From contig OZ223264.1 in the NCBI GenBank assembly GCA_965140585.1, forward strand, positions 704,001-768,000: a stretch of 64,000 nucleotides of DNA. The letters are read 5' to 3'. The notes beneath the pieces are model-generated. The model saw nothing but the letters and a program-made list of their open reading frames with translations. It had not been told where the DNA came from and ran no database searches. A program made the translations under genes and the position numbers. Position 1 is the stretch's first letter. Each line of letters starts with the position of its first letter. The stretch is from Spirochaetia bacterium. Lineage in GTDB: Bacteria; Spirochaetota; Spirochaetia; UBA9216. This document shows, piece by piece, positions 9,952 to 20,191 of this stretch.

Positions 9952-10170
9952 ATGACTAAGTGTGAAAATAAGGAAAGGAATCTGGAATTCTGCAACTGTA
10001 CTTTCAGCTGCGGGCGAAAGGGAATCTGCTGTGAATGTGTTGCTAACCACAGGGCTAAGGGCGCACTGCCTGCCTGCTACTTTCCAGCTGATATAGAGTC
10101 TGCAGGTGACAGATCCATTGAAAACTTCATAAGCATCGTCAAAGAACGGGGAACTTCATATTTGAAGTAA
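9952..10170 (+). CDS. small Cys-rich protein (DUF6485-like)
   Basis: ATG 9952 with AGAGGAG RBS; CNCTFSCGRKGICCECVANH...LPACYF. Confidence 0.7.
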   Translation: MTKCENKERNLEFCNCTFSCGRKGICCECVANHRAKGALPACYFPADIESAGDRSIENFISIVKERGTSYLK

Positions 10171-10244
10171 ACGGTCAAAAACGGTCATGTTAAGACCGAA
10201 AACGTTCATATAATATTTACAAACGTTCATTCTCCAGCTATACT
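10171..10244 (+). promoter_or_regulatory. sigma70-like promoter with four phased direct repeats
   Basis: ACG(G/T)TCA at 10171, 10181, 10202 and 10223; TTTACA(10216)-N17-TATACT(10239). Confidence 0.6.
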
Positions 10245-10250
10245 TAAAGT

Positions 10251-11039
10251 ATGTCAAATGGACTTATCCCCGCGGGCAGAAGAACCGAAATACTATCGCT
10301 GATACAGGAACGCCGTTTTATAAGCGTTGATGAGCTGTCAAAGCATTTCAATGTATCAGTTATTACCATCCGCAGAGATCTTGCCGAGCTTGAGTCGGAA
10401 GGGCTTCTTGAACGCACTCACGGCGGTGCCATACTGACCAGACATATCAAAAACGAGAGCAGTTTCAGCGAAAAAGATTCAGAGAGGCTTGATGCCAAGG
10501 AGGCAATTGCCGCACTGGCCGCTGATTTTATAGAACCCGGAGATACTGTCTTTGTAAACAGCGGTTCAACAACCAGTCATCTTATCCGCGTAATTGCGGC
10601 ACTTCCTTCCATAAGAATCGTAACAAATAATGTAATTGCGGCGGCCTCGGCAAATCCTGCCGAGGACACCGAAATAATTGTAATTGGCGGAGTGCTTCGT
10701 ACCAATTCCGGATGTACTGTCGGAGATTTTGCTTCCCAGCTGATAAGACAGATAAGCGGTACAAAGCTGTTTATCGGCGCAGACGGTATCAGTCTTAAAA
10801 GCGGCATTACATCACCGGTTTCTCAGGAGGCTGCTGTAACCAAGATGATGATCGAGCAGACCGCCGGACCGGTAATTGTTGCCGCCGACAGCAGCAAGGT
10901 CGGAAGAGTTACCACCTTTTTTACTACGGCATTGAGTAATGCCGATGTTCTGCTAACAGACAGGGATTTTGATGAGTCATTCAGGCCCGACTTTGAAGAG
11001 GCGGGTATCAGAATAATTAAGGAAGTCCGTAAGGGCTGA
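10251..11039 (+). CDS. DeoR/GlpR family transcriptional regulator
   Basis: VSVITIRRDL HTH, RTHGGA, NSGSTT, ADSSKVG. Confidence 0.92.
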   Translation: MSNGLIPAGRRTEILSLIQERRFISVDELSKHFNVSVITIRRDLAELESEGLLERTHGGAILTRHIKNESSFSEKDSERLDAKEAIAALAADFIEPGDTVFVNSGSTTSHLIRVIAALPSIRIVTNNVIAAASANPAEDTEIIVIGGVLRTNSGCTVGDFASQLIRQISGTKLFIGADGISLKSGITSPVSQEAAVTKMMIEQTAGPVIVAADSSKVGRVTTFFTTALSNADVLLTDRDFDESFRPDFEEAGIRIIKEVRKG

Positions 11040-11054
11040 TTATGGAGGTATAAA

Positions 11055-12179
11055 ATGGCATATCAGGATGCGTATACGGATTGTGTATGGATTGATTTTG
11101 AGGTTCTTGAAAGTTTTATGAAGGACTGTCTGGTCAAGAGCGGGGTTCCCGAGGCTGATGCTTCGATCGTCTCGGATATCCTTATTGAGTCGGACAAACG
11201 CGGAATAGATTCTCACGGAATCGGAAGGCTTAAGCCTATTTATATAGATAGAATTGACTGGGGAATTCTTAATCCCGTTACAAAGATAGATGTAATCAAG
11301 GAAACCCCTACTACTGCAGTTCTTGACGGTAATAACGGTATGGGCCATGTTGTCGGAAAAAAAGCCATGCAGATGGCTATCGACAAGGCTAAAGAAAACG
11401 GTCTGGGAATGGTTACAGTCAGGAATTCCACCCATTACGGAATTGCAGGCTACTACGTAACCATGGCAAGTGAAGCCGGCATGATAGGCATCACCGGTAC
11501 AAATGCCAGACCCTCTATTGCTCCGACCTTCGGTGTTGAAAACATGCTTGGGACCAACCCCATTACATTCGGATTTCCCACAGATGAAGAGTTTCCCTTT
11601 GTTCTGGACTGTGCAACTTCGGTTACCCAGCGCGGAAAGATTGAGATGTACTCCAGGGCCGGTAAGGAACTGCCTCCGGGCTGGGTTATAGGCAAGGACG
11701 GAAAGACCCGGACCGATACCGACCAGATTCTGGTGGACCTTACAAAGGGCAAGGCTGCTCTGGCTCCTGTCGGAGGACTGGGTGAGATTACCGGCGGATA
11801 TAAAGGCTTCGGTTATGCAACGGTTGTTGAGGTCCTTTCAGCGGCGCTTCAGGGCGGCTCATATCTAAAAGCACTTAACGGTTTTGATGAAGAGGGCAAC
11901 CGGATTCCTTATCCGCTTGGACACTTTTTTATGGCAATTAATATTGATTTCTTTCTCGGTATTGATATTTTTACAAAAATCGCAGGTTCGATAATGCGGG
12001 ACCTGCGCAATTCTCAGAAGGCCGAGGGAGAAGAACGTATTTATACAGCGGGCGAGAAGGAATGGCTTGCCTGGAATTATAGAAAAGAGAACGGCTGTCC
12101 TGTTCCGGAAGTTCTCCGGAATCAGATGTCGGCTCTTAGAGACAGATGGGAGATGGATTATAAATTTCCATGGGATTGA
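11055..12179 (+). CDS. Ldh_2 family (type 2 malate/L-lactate) dehydrogenase
   Basis: GIDSHG, RNSTHYG, GTNPI, LDCATS and GGYKGFG motifs. Confidence 0.88.
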   Translation: MAYQDAYTDCVWIDFEVLESFMKDCLVKSGVPEADASIVSDILIESDKRGIDSHGIGRLKPIYIDRIDWGILNPVTKIDVIKETPTTAVLDGNNGMGHVVGKKAMQMAIDKAKENGLGMVTVRNSTHYGIAGYYVTMASEAGMIGITGTNARPSIAPTFGVENMLGTNPITFGFPTDEEFPFVLDCATSVTQRGKIEMYSRAGKELPPGWVIGKDGKTRTDTDQILVDLTKGKAALAPVGGLGEITGGYKGFGYATVVEVLSAALQGGSYLKALNGFDEEGNRIPYPLGHFFMAINIDFFLGIDIFTKIAGSIMRDLRNSQKAEGEERIYTAGEKEWLAWNYRKENGCPVPEVLRNQMSALRDRWEMDYKFPWD

Positions 12180-12186
12180 TTTAGTT

Positions 12187-13470
12187 ATGGATGAATTGAC
12201 AAAGAAAGCACTTGAATATCACAGTATGAACGGCAAACCCGGCAAGATCGAGGTTTGCGCCACCAAGCCCTGTATGACGGCTGACGACTTATCACTCGCT
12301 TATACACCGGGTGTCGCCAAGCCTGTACTTGAGATTGCCGATGATCCGGCTAATGCATATAAGTACACTGCAAAAGGCAACCTGGTCGGGGTTATTTCCA
12401 ACGGTACGGCAATTCTGGGCCTTGGAAACAGGGGCGGCCTTGCTTCAAAACCGGTAATGGAAGGTAAGGGTGTTCTTTTTAAGAGATTTGCTGATATCGA
12501 TGTCTTTGATATCGAACTCGATACTCAGGATCCTGATGAACTGATAAGAATTGTAAAGGCGATGTCGCCTACATTCGGCGGAATTAACCTTGAAGATATA
12601 AAAGCTCCTGAATGCTTTAAAATTGAAAAAGCGCTCAAAGAGATCTGCGACATTCCGGTTTTTCATGATGACCAGCACGGTACTGCGATAATCTGTACTG
12701 CCGGAATGATCAACGCAGCGGAAGTTGCGGGCAAGCGGATTTCTGAAATGAAAGTTGTTTTTAACGGAGCGGGAGCTGCAGGAATAAGCTGTGCAAGAAT
12801 GTTTATAGCCGCCGGGGTTTCGAAAGATAATCTTCTGATGTGCGACAGCCGCGGCGTCATTTATAAAGACCGAGATGAGAAGATGACTGAACAGAAGGCT
12901 GAGTTTGCTGCTGATACAGATGCAAGAAGTCTTGCTGACGCGATGAACGGAGCCGATGTTTTGGTCGGTCTTTCAACTGAGGGCTGCGTGAGTCCTGAGA
13001 TGCTTCTTTCAATGGCAAAGGATCCGATAGTTTTCGCTATGGCAAATCCGAACCCTGAAATAACATATGAGCTTGCAACCGAAACACGATCCGATGTCAT
13101 TATGGCGACAGGCCGGAGCGACTTTCCCAACCAGGTGAACAATGTCCTCGGCTTTCCCTTTATTTTCAGGGGCGCGCTTGATGTTAAATCAATCGCTATC
13201 TCTGAAGGCATGAAGATGGCAGCGGCAAAGGCTCTTGCACTTCTTGCACGGGAGCCTGTAACTGATGAGGTTCGTAAAGCCTACGGACGGGATTTTACCT
13301 TCGGCAGGGAGTACATAGTTCCTAAACCCTTCGACCCAAGAGTTATTGAGTGGGAAGCAATCGCTGTCGCGCGTGCAGCTTGTGAAGAAGGACATGCGCG
13401 TGAACCAATTTCTGACTGGGATGCCTACCGGGAAGAGCTGCGGTCAAGAATGAAAAAATACTGGGATTAG
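12187..13470 (+). CDS. NAD(P)-dependent malic enzyme (MaeB-like, no PTA domain)
   Basis: [49 protein letters not shown]. Start placed at ATG 12187 after the upstream stop. Confidence 0.92.
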   Translation: MDELTKKALEYHSMNGKPGKIEVCATKPCMTADDLSLAYTPGVAKPVLEIADDPANAYKYTAKGNLVGVISNGTAILGLGNRGGLASKPVMEGKGVLFKRFADIDVFDIELDTQDPDELIRIVKAMSPTFGGINLEDIKAPECFKIEKALKEICDIPVFHDDQHGTAIICTAGMINAAEVAGKRISEMKVVFNGAGAAGISCARMFIAAGVSKDNLLMCDSRGVIYKDRDEKMTEQKAEFAADTDARSLADAMNGADVLVGLSTEGCVSPEMLLSMAKDPIVFAMANPNPEITYELATETRSDVIMATGRSDFPNQVNNVLGFPFIFRGALDVKSIAISEGMKMAAAKALALLAREPVTDEVRKAYGRDFTFGREYIVPKPFDPRVIEWEAIAVARAACEEGHAREPISDWDAYREELRSRMKKYWD

Positions 13471-13510
13471 CAACGCCTCAAATTAATACTATTTCGAAAA
13501 AAAATTATCA

Positions 13511-13548
13511 GGAGCCGGTCGGGAATTAATTCCAGCCGGCTCTTTTTT
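13511..13548 (+). terminator. intrinsic terminator
   Basis: GAGCCGG...CCGGCTC stem followed by TTTTTT. Confidence 0.8.
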
Positions 13549-13585
13549 GTTTGACAAAACGAAATAATAGATAATTAAATAAATT

Positions 13586-14092
13586 ATGGAAAATGTGTTT
13601 TTAAATGAATACCTGTCATCCTTTGGAAGTGATATCCGCAGAATCCGCCGGTATCAGGGTATTTCTCTTGAGGGACTTGCTGAGAGGGCGGGAGTTCATC
13701 CGAACACTATTGCTGTAGCGGAAAGGGCTGAGCGGGATTTGAATATTATCTCCCAGACTAGAATATTTGCAGCCCTGGGATGCAAGGAAGTTCGTATTTG
13801 TGAAGGATATCTGGATTTATCATTTTCTGAAGAGTGCAGCACAAGAGGTGATCTGCTTGGTCTTGATGTTTCCTTCATTATCCGGTGTATCGGTGAAAAT
13901 GTAAGAATGAAGCGGATTGAATTGGGACTGACTCTTGAGGAGCTTTCTTCAATCACCGGGATTCATCTTAACAGCCTGTGGAACTGTGAAAATGGTCTGG
14001 TTGTTCCCAAGGGCCACACTCTGGTAAGGCTTTACCAGGCTCTTGGAATCAACTGTGTAAAAGCTGAGAGCCGCGGACTGAATTTAAAATGA
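13586..14092 (+). CDS. tandem XRE-type HTH protein
   Basis: Two HTH_3-like units: GISLEGLAERAGVHPNTI and GLTLEELSSITGIHLNSL. Confidence 0.75.
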   Translation: MENVFLNEYLSSFGSDIRRIRRYQGISLEGLAERAGVHPNTIAVAERAERDLNIISQTRIFAALGCKEVRICEGYLDLSFSEECSTRGDLLGLDVSFIIRCIGENVRMKRIELGLTLEELSSITGIHLNSLWNCENGLVVPKGHTLVRLYQALGINCVKAESRGLNLK

Positions 14093-14170
14093 TTTTCACA
14101 ATTCCCTGTGTGGAAACTGTTTTATGCTGAAGGTACTCTTAAGAGATTTTATTCTTTTAAGGAGTTCCTT

Positions 14171-15277
14171 ATGAAATCAGTTTTGGCTTTTTTAATTATT
14201 CTTCTTTCAATCTTTTTTGTGTCCTGTGATCCTGAATCACCCCTTGATGAGGTTCAGTATGCCGATAATGTGGTGATTGTGAGTGGGGATATTTCTTCTG
14301 ATACTACCTGGTATGAAGGTAAAGTTTACTTTATAGACGGTTTAACCCGGCTTAATCCAGGCAATACTCTCACTATTCAGCCGGGAGCTGTTGTTAAGTT
14401 CTCCGGTCTCGGTTCTCTCTGCATTGAGAACGGGGCTAAGGTTTCTGCTGAAGGTACAGCTTTGAAGCCTCTTATCTTCACTTCAGTAAATGATCTCTCT
14501 GCCGGAGGAGATACTGTACTTAATGATGTAAATCAGCAGCCTCTTGCAGGAGCCTGGTATGGGGTGGATATTGAAGCCGGTTCATCCGGCAGCAGATTTG
14601 TTAACTGCCACTTTCTCTATGGCGGATTATCAGGATATGCTGTGTTGCGTATAAATGGAGAAGCAAGAGTTGAGAATTGTACCTTTCGGGATAATCTTGG
14701 CGGACATCCCTATGACGGATCTGCTATAGATACTGCCGCACTTGATGCTTCGCTGGCTCTGGAGAGCACGGTTGTTACTGGTAATATTTTTTATCGCAAT
14801 ACCTGGCCTCTGGCCATCAGCTGCAGCATGAATCTTGATGACACCAATAGATTTGAATTTGATGAGGATGGAGATTCATCCACAGCGGATGAGGTTAATA
14901 AATATCAGGCAATATATATCAATTACGGCGATATCTCCGGATTTGTCTCCTGGGAAGAAACAGAAGTGCCGCTCTGCTTTTTCGATCTGCTCTTACGCGT
15001 AACTTCTACAGGGACTCTTGATTTAGCATCAGGCGTTGTGATCAAATCCAGTAGTGCCGAGTTTCAGTATGAATATGGAGCTACAGTTAATTCGACAGGA
15101 GTGATTTTTACATCGTTCAGGGATGATGCACTTCTTGGTGACACAAACTGTGACGGAACAGTTTCTATACCTGCTGATGGAGACTGGAAGGGTGTATGTG
15201 AACTGGATGACGAAGGTAATGTGTACTGGATGACAAGAAATAATGGTGGTTCTGTCCGGTATTCACTGGAAGGGTAG
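14171..15277 (+). CDS. lipoprotein with parallel beta-helix-like repeats
   Basis: ATG 14171 with AAGGAG RBS; signal ending FFVSC; LTIQPGAVVKF; two FTS..D...GDT....P..G.W.GV repeats. Confidence 0.7.
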   Translation: MKSVLAFLIILLSIFFVSCDPESPLDEVQYADNVVIVSGDISSDTTWYEGKVYFIDGLTRLNPGNTLTIQPGAVVKFSGLGSLCIENGAKVSAEGTALKPLIFTSVNDLSAGGDTVLNDVNQQPLAGAWYGVDIEAGSSGSRFVNCHFLYGGLSGYAVLRINGEARVENCTFRDNLGGHPYDGSAIDTAALDASLALESTVVTGNIFYRNTWPLAISCSMNLDDTNRFEFDEDGDSSTADEVNKYQAIYINYGDISGFVSWEETEVPLCFFDLLLRVTSTGTLDLASGVVIKSSSAEFQYEYGATVNSTGVIFTSFRDDALLGDTNCDGTVSIPADGDWKGVCELDDEGNVYWMTRNNGGSVRYSLEG

Positions 15278-15289
15278 TAAAAAGCTAAT

Positions 15290-15331
15290 CAATCTGTCCC
15301 GTTTGTTTCATGAAAGATTCGGGACAGATTG
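15290..15331. repeat. perfect 12-bp inverted repeat between convergent genes
   Basis: CAATCTGTCCCG...CGGGACAGATTG with an internal TTTCATGAAA palindrome; no clear U-tract. Confidence 0.65.
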
Positions 15332-15369
15332 TTGAGATCAGGAACAAATATGTTGGCGGCTATTAGTCA

Positions 15370-16509
15370 CTACATAATAAAACTTTCAAGCGATTCAAGT
15401 ATGGATTGCTCGGAAGGCGGGCAGCCTTTTATTTCAAATCCGCCCTTTACACATTTACCTACGCCAATCAGGCTGCCGGTAATTTCATTTCCCCTGAAAT
15501 CCTGTCCTATGCAGATGGATTTTTCAGCGATTGCCTCCGCTGCTTTTCTGTCGGAATAATGAAATGAACGAAGGGCTGAGGCAAGATTGCCGAAGCAGGC
15601 GGAACATGCCGAGCGTTGATCAGTTATCTGCTCAATCCAACTTATTATCTTTTCCGCCTCGGCTGACCCGGCAGGTTTCATCTTCTGTGCAGGACTGTTT
15701 CCGTCAAGATCAATTACGTCGGTCTCCGGACGTATATTATTTCCTATCCCAAGCTCCCCGGCGATTCGGATGTATTTTATATCTGAAGGTTCTACGCCCA
15801 GCAGCATGCATGCATAACTGTCAACCGAAACAGGATCCCGTCCAAGCAGAAGCAGATCCCTCTTTTCAGGAGAGCCACCCTCTTCCCAGTAAGGATCGCC
15901 GTTAAGACCGTCTACCAGAGCGAAGGCCGGTTTTATGACAGTATTCAGCAGGGCCACAGGATTGTGGACGCCTAGTGTATGGTATCTGCGTTTTTCAGAG
16001 TCGGGAATGCAGCCTTTCAGGTTCTTTAGCGCGCATGTCACCCTTGTCTGGCCGTGACCTTTTAATACCGGAAGGTTTATAAGACTGCCGCCGTTATTCT
16101 CTAGATCGGCTATGCTGCGGCAAATCTTATACTGCTCTCCCATAATTTCAACAGGCGCCGCGCCGTCCTTCTGAAGATCTATCAGTTCTATTCCGTACCT
16201 TTTCTGAAGATCGGTGTATCCGCAGGTCTTATAAGCCTTCTGTGTGGAATCTCCTACCCATGAACCTTCAGCAATCCTGATGTCTGTATATCCCTTGTCG
16301 CTAAGATATTCTATAAGGGCCGCGGCTATTTCGGGGTGGGTTGTTGCTCCTCCGGTCGCCGGTTTGCTTACAACAAGATTAGGTTTCAGCAGTATCGGTG
16401 CTGATTTTTCTCCCAGCCATCCGCAGGCTTTGGATGCTTCAAGCATTGCTGCAATGTCGTTCTTTAGCTCTGCCCGATGTAAATTCTTTTTCTGCCATAT
16501 TGTACTCAT
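15370..16509 (-). CDS. DUF362 domain Fe-S protein
   Basis: LLKPNLV, TTHPE, INLPVLKGH, ALKNLKGC, DPVSVD; C-terminal ACSAC...GCPP. Confidence 0.85.
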   Translation of the reverse strand: MSTIWQKKNLHRAELKNDIAAMLEASKACGWLGEKSAPILLKPNLVVSKPATGGATTHPEIAAALIEYLSDKGYTDIRIAEGSWVGDSTQKAYKTCGYTDLQKRYGIELIDLQKDGAAPVEIMGEQYKICRSIADLENNGGSLINLPVLKGHGQTRVTCALKNLKGCIPDSEKRRYHTLGVHNPVALLNTVIKPAFALVDGLNGDPYWEEGGSPEKRDLLLLGRDPVSVDSYACMLLGVEPSDIKYIRIAGELGIGNNIRPETDVIDLDGNSPAQKMKPAGSAEAEKIISWIEQITDQRSACSACFGNLASALRSFHYSDRKAAEAIAEKSICIGQDFRGNEITGSLIGVGKCVKGGFEIKGCPPSEQSILESLESFIM

Positions 16510-16542
16510 ATCAGCTTAGATATTAATATATATACGGATAAA

Positions 16543-17994
16543 ATGGAACAATACGGAGGTCTTATGTTTATAAACGGAAAATGGACTGATGCAGTAAGCG
16601 GTGCGGTCTTTACATCATATAACCCGGCTACCGGCGAGGCTGTTGCTGAGATTCCCGATGGAGGCAGTGCCGATACTCTTGCAGCTGTTAATGCTGCCGA
16701 TGCTGCTTTTAAAACCTGGTCCGGGACGACAGCCTATGAAAAATCAAAATATCTCTATCGGATTTATGAACTGATGACGGATAAGAAGACTGAGCTGGCC
16801 CGGACAATGACCATTGAACAGGGAAAACCATTGAAGGCTTCTGTAAATGAAGTGCAGTATGCGGCGGATTTCATGCTCTGGTATGCAGAAGAGGTTAAGC
16901 GCGTCTACGGACGGACGATCCCGGCACCCCGAGCGGACCAGCGCTTTATGACCGGCTATCAGCCTGTCGGTGTTACCGCAGCAATCACTCCGTGGAATTA
17001 TCCGATGTCAATGATTACAAGAAAGGCCGCTCCGGCAATTGCAGCAGGATGTACTATGGTAGTGAAACCCGCAGAGGCAACACCTCTGTGTGCGGTTGAA
17101 ATGTTTAAAATATTTGAGGAAGCGGAACTTCCGCCGGGAGTATTGAATCTCGTTACCGGTATGAACCCGGGGCCAATAGGAGATGTTCTTATTGATGATC
17201 CGAGGGTCCGTAAAATAACCTTCACCGGTTCAACTGATGTGGGAAAGATGATTGCAGGACGTGCAGCAGCGCAGATGAAACGCACCTCATTTGAGCTTGG
17301 GGGGCATGCCCCGTTTATTGTCTGCAGGGATGCCGACCCGGTTCAGGCTGCAAAGGGTGCTGTTCTTGTCAAATTCCTCAATACCGGGCAGGCCTGTATC
17401 AGTCCGAACCGGTTTTATGTCCATAAAGATCAGATGGATGCCTTTGTAAACGAATTTACCGAAAGAGTTCAGAAAATGAAGGCCGGTAACGGACTTGATG
17501 AGGGAATAAGTATCGGCCCGCTTGTTAATGGCAGGGCTGTTACAAAGGTTGGAAATCAGGTTAAAGATGCTGTATTAAAGGGCGCCGAATGCCTTACAGG
17601 AGGTTCAAGACTGACAGCGGACGGTCTTGATAAGGGCTTCTTCTTTGCCCCTACAGTGTTAAAGGGCGTTAGCCCCGATATGCTTATCTACCGTGAGGAG
17701 ACTTTTGGGCCGGTGGCTCCGATAATTGAATATTCAGATGATGCCGATCTGATGGCTATGGCTAATGATACCGATTACGGACTTGCCTCATATGTCTACA
17801 CTCAGAATCTCAATACCGCAATGAAGCACTTTGAACAGCTTCGTTTCGGTATAATCGGAGTAAATGATATCAATCCTACAGCTGTAGCAGTCCCGTTCGG
17901 AGGTGTCAAAGAGAGCGGTCTGGGTAGGGAAGGAGGCCCGGAAGGCATTCTGGAATACCTTGATTTGAAGATCGGGGGCTTCAGTCTGAGGTGA
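16543..17994 (+). CDS. NAD(P)-dependent succinate-semialdehyde dehydrogenase (GabD-like)
   Basis: ITPWNYP, FTGST, ELGGHAPF, NTGQAC, EETFGP, GGVKESGLGREG. Confidence 0.85.
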   Translation: MEQYGGLMFINGKWTDAVSGAVFTSYNPATGEAVAEIPDGGSADTLAAVNAADAAFKTWSGTTAYEKSKYLYRIYELMTDKKTELARTMTIEQGKPLKASVNEVQYAADFMLWYAEEVKRVYGRTIPAPRADQRFMTGYQPVGVTAAITPWNYPMSMITRKAAPAIAAGCTMVVKPAEATPLCAVEMFKIFEEAELPPGVLNLVTGMNPGPIGDVLIDDPRVRKITFTGSTDVGKMIAGRAAAQMKRTSFELGGHAPFIVCRDADPVQAAKGAVLVKFLNTGQACISPNRFYVHKDQMDAFVNEFTERVQKMKAGNGLDEGISIGPLVNGRAVTKVGNQVKDAVLKGAECLTGGSRLTADGLDKGFFFAPTVLKGVSPDMLIYREETFGPVAPIIEYSDDADLMAMANDTDYGLASYVYTQNLNTAMKHFEQLRFGIIGVNDINPTAVAVPFGGVKESGLGREGGPEGILEYLDLKIGGFSLR

Positions 17995-18060
17995 CGAAAC
18001 CTGATTTTTTAATATCAGTTTTTAATTTCCGGGTAAAAAGACAGAACCCGTTCGATGAAG

Positions 18061-18084
18061 TATATTGATAAATTTATCGATATA
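18061..18084. promoter_or_regulatory. 24-bp near-perfect palindrome, putative operator
   Basis: TATATTGATAAA|TTTATCGATATA (11/12 symmetric), 26 bp upstream of the pseudogene ATG. Confidence 0.5.
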
Positions 18085-18110
18085 TCGTGTTTCATTTCCC
18101 GCGGAATACT

Positions 18111-19092
18111 ATGAAACGAAAATATCCCAACTTAAGCAAGCCTGTTCAAAATCGGTAATGTAGTCTTCCTCAATAGAATGTTCTCTGCCCATACTGCCGA
18201 TTCTATCAGACGCCACGGAGCAGTCCCGAGTATTGGTCTTTCACATTCGGGGCAGTATTCGGGAACCTGCATGGCGGACAAAGACAGCAAGCTAATGCTT
18301 CATGGCGGGCATGACTGACTAATAAGCCAGTTTTTCTCTCCGTTTTTCAACCGCAGAAAAGATGAATACGGCGGAACTTTTGAAAACAGGGTCCGGTTTG
18401 CAAAGGAGGTTCTTGCAAGTGTGAGGGCCAATGTAGGTCCGGTGTTTCCGATAGCGTTCCGGTTCAGCGGGTACATATCAAACCGGTTTCGGAATAACTC
18501 ATCTTTCAATGTTTATTCCGTATGGTAATAACCTATATCTTGCAGCTGCAATCAAGAAACATGTTAAGGTTCCGGTAGCGACTATCGGAGTTCTCAACGA
18601 TCCCGAGATGATGGAAGAGATTATAGCCTCAGGGAAGGCTGTTGTCGTTGAAATTACGATAGCCCTGCTTGTTGATCATGAGCTTCCGAGAAAGGTGCTT
18701 ATGAATCGTGATGATGAAATTCTTCACTGTCTGAGGTGTTTTGTCTATATGGCTGAAAAGGCAACCACAACTACAAGGCGCTGTGCAATTAACCCCCTTA
18801 TCGGGCGTGAGATTGTCCGAATTGAGATTCACCGAGCCATCCATCCTCTCAATGTTATGATTGACGCTGCCGGCCCCGGGGGGCTTAGAGCTGCTATTAC
18901 TGCTGCACGACGCGGTCACAGGGTAATTCCTGTTGAAGGCAAGACTGTTATTTGTGCGGTAGGGCAGAAGTCGAGAAATACTATGGATTATCTTGATGCA
19001 GCTCCTTTTGTTCGTTGTATCGGCGACTGTGTAAGGTCGTCAAATTAACCAACGCTGTATATCTTGGATACCACGCTGCTCTGGATCTATAA
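18111..19092 (+). pseudogene. NADH:flavin oxidoreductase (OYE/enoate reductase family) pseudogene
   Basis: Ordered fragments: MKRKYPNLSKP/IGNV..NRMFSA, HGGHD*LISQFFSPFFNRRKDEYGGTFENRVRF, CLRC...RCAINPLIGRE, AGPGGLRAA, CIGDCV. Contains an in-frame TGA, frameshifts and large internal gaps. Confidence 0.85.
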
Positions 19093-19126
19093 ATCAGTAT
19101 AATACCGGTGATAATAATCCGGGCAC

Positions 19127-19172
19127 AAAAAAAGCCTGCCGGAGGTTTATGCTCCAACAGGCTTTTGGTTTT
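19127..19172 (-). terminator. intrinsic terminator (possibly bidirectional)
   Basis: AAAAAAAGCCTG...CAGGCTTTT. Confidence 0.7.
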
Positions 19173-19206
19173 TAATGCATACGGTCGGGTTTACCGTCTT
19201 ATCTGT

Positions 19207-20001
19207 CTAAAGTGAATATTCAGGATTGGCAATCGGAGCCATTTCCCGGTTGTATTTAAGGATTTTTTCGTAGTATTCCTCGGTTATGAATACCGGTTCA
19301 TATTCTTCATCGTATCTTTCAAGCTGTGCCGTGAATGATCTCATATGATTTCTTGAACCCTTCATCAGGTTTTGGTACAGAATTGCCACTTCTTCGTTCT
19401 CTGTGTTCTCAAGAAGTTTCTGCAGGTCGGCAATATCAAGATCTTCTATAGTAGCGCCTACCTTCATGGCGTCTTCATATGATTTTGAACCGAGTGATAC
19501 AAGGTTGTCATAGTGCTTCTGAAGCTCGGCATTCAGGAATGTTCCCGGGGTTGATGTTGTTGAGGGTACTTCTATATCATACGCTTCAAGCATCATGACT
19601 ACTGCATCCATATGCTGCTGTTCACTGTCTCCTATATTGTTGAAAACCGGCATATTCCATACTTCATAAAGGGCTTTGTAAACATCACGGGCAAGTTTTT
19701 CTTCTTCAGCCATCAGCACCAGGCCTGCTGCCTCTTCTTCTGTCAGGACGCCTGAACCGATATTTTCATTATATACAGTAGCCAGTTCGCCAACGAAGTT
19801 TTCCCTGTAGGTAGTTCCGCTGCTGCGTCCGTAGCCGCCGCCACCGCCCTGACCGCCGCCATAGCCGCTGCCGTCTCTGAGCCCCTGGCCCTGTCCTCTT
19901 CCGCCGCCGTATGTTCCATCGTATTCTTGTGAACCGTTAGCGTAAATAGTTGCAGTAGCTGCAACCAGAATTGTTAATGCAATTAAAAGTTTCTTTGTCA
20001 T
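19207..20001 (-). CDS. exported DUF2202 ferritin-like protein
   Basis: Signal peptide, Gly-rich linker, EEEKLARDVY, SEQQHMD, IEDLDIADL, GSRNHMRSF. Confidence 0.85.
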   Translation of the reverse strand: MTKKLLIALTILVAATATIYANGSQEYDGTYGGGRGQGQGLRDGSGYGGGQGGGGGYGRSSGTTYRENFVGELATVYNENIGSGVLTEEEAAGLVLMAEEEKLARDVYKALYEVWNMPVFNNIGDSEQQHMDAVVMMLEAYDIEVPSTTSTPGTFLNAELQKHYDNLVSLGSKSYEDAMKVGATIEDLDIADLQKLLENTENEEVAILYQNLMKGSRNHMRSFTAQLERYDEEYEPVFITEEYYEKILKYNREMAPIANPEYSL

Positions 20002-20045
20002 ATCATAGCCTCCTAAAGCTTATGAAACAAATGTAGAATCCAATT

Positions 20046-20116
20046 TTGAAGAAATTGTGAAGCTGTTTAAAAGAGATCGGGGAGAATGAAAAAAAGGCTC
20101 TTCACGAAATCTTCAC
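20046..20116. promoter_or_regulatory. two oppositely oriented direct-repeat boxes (OmpR-type)
   Basis: TTGAAG-N5-GTGAAG at 20046-20062 and CTTCAC-N5-CTTCAC at 20100-20116, each with 11-bp periodicity. Confidence 0.6.
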
Positions 20117-20191
20117 AATAAACTTCCGTTTCTTTTGCATTCTGAAACTATCCTGTTTACAATTGAATCATTAAAGAACAGGAGATTTAAT

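Noticed and set aside
18320-18330. In-frame TGA as selenocysteine
   Set aside because: It sits at an aromatic position (HGGHGW-like) in a gene with deletions and frameshifts, so it is a nonsense mutation.
19820-19915. GCC-rich repeats as a DNA repeat array
   Set aside because: They encode the Gly-rich linker of the DUF2202 protein; not CRISPR-like.
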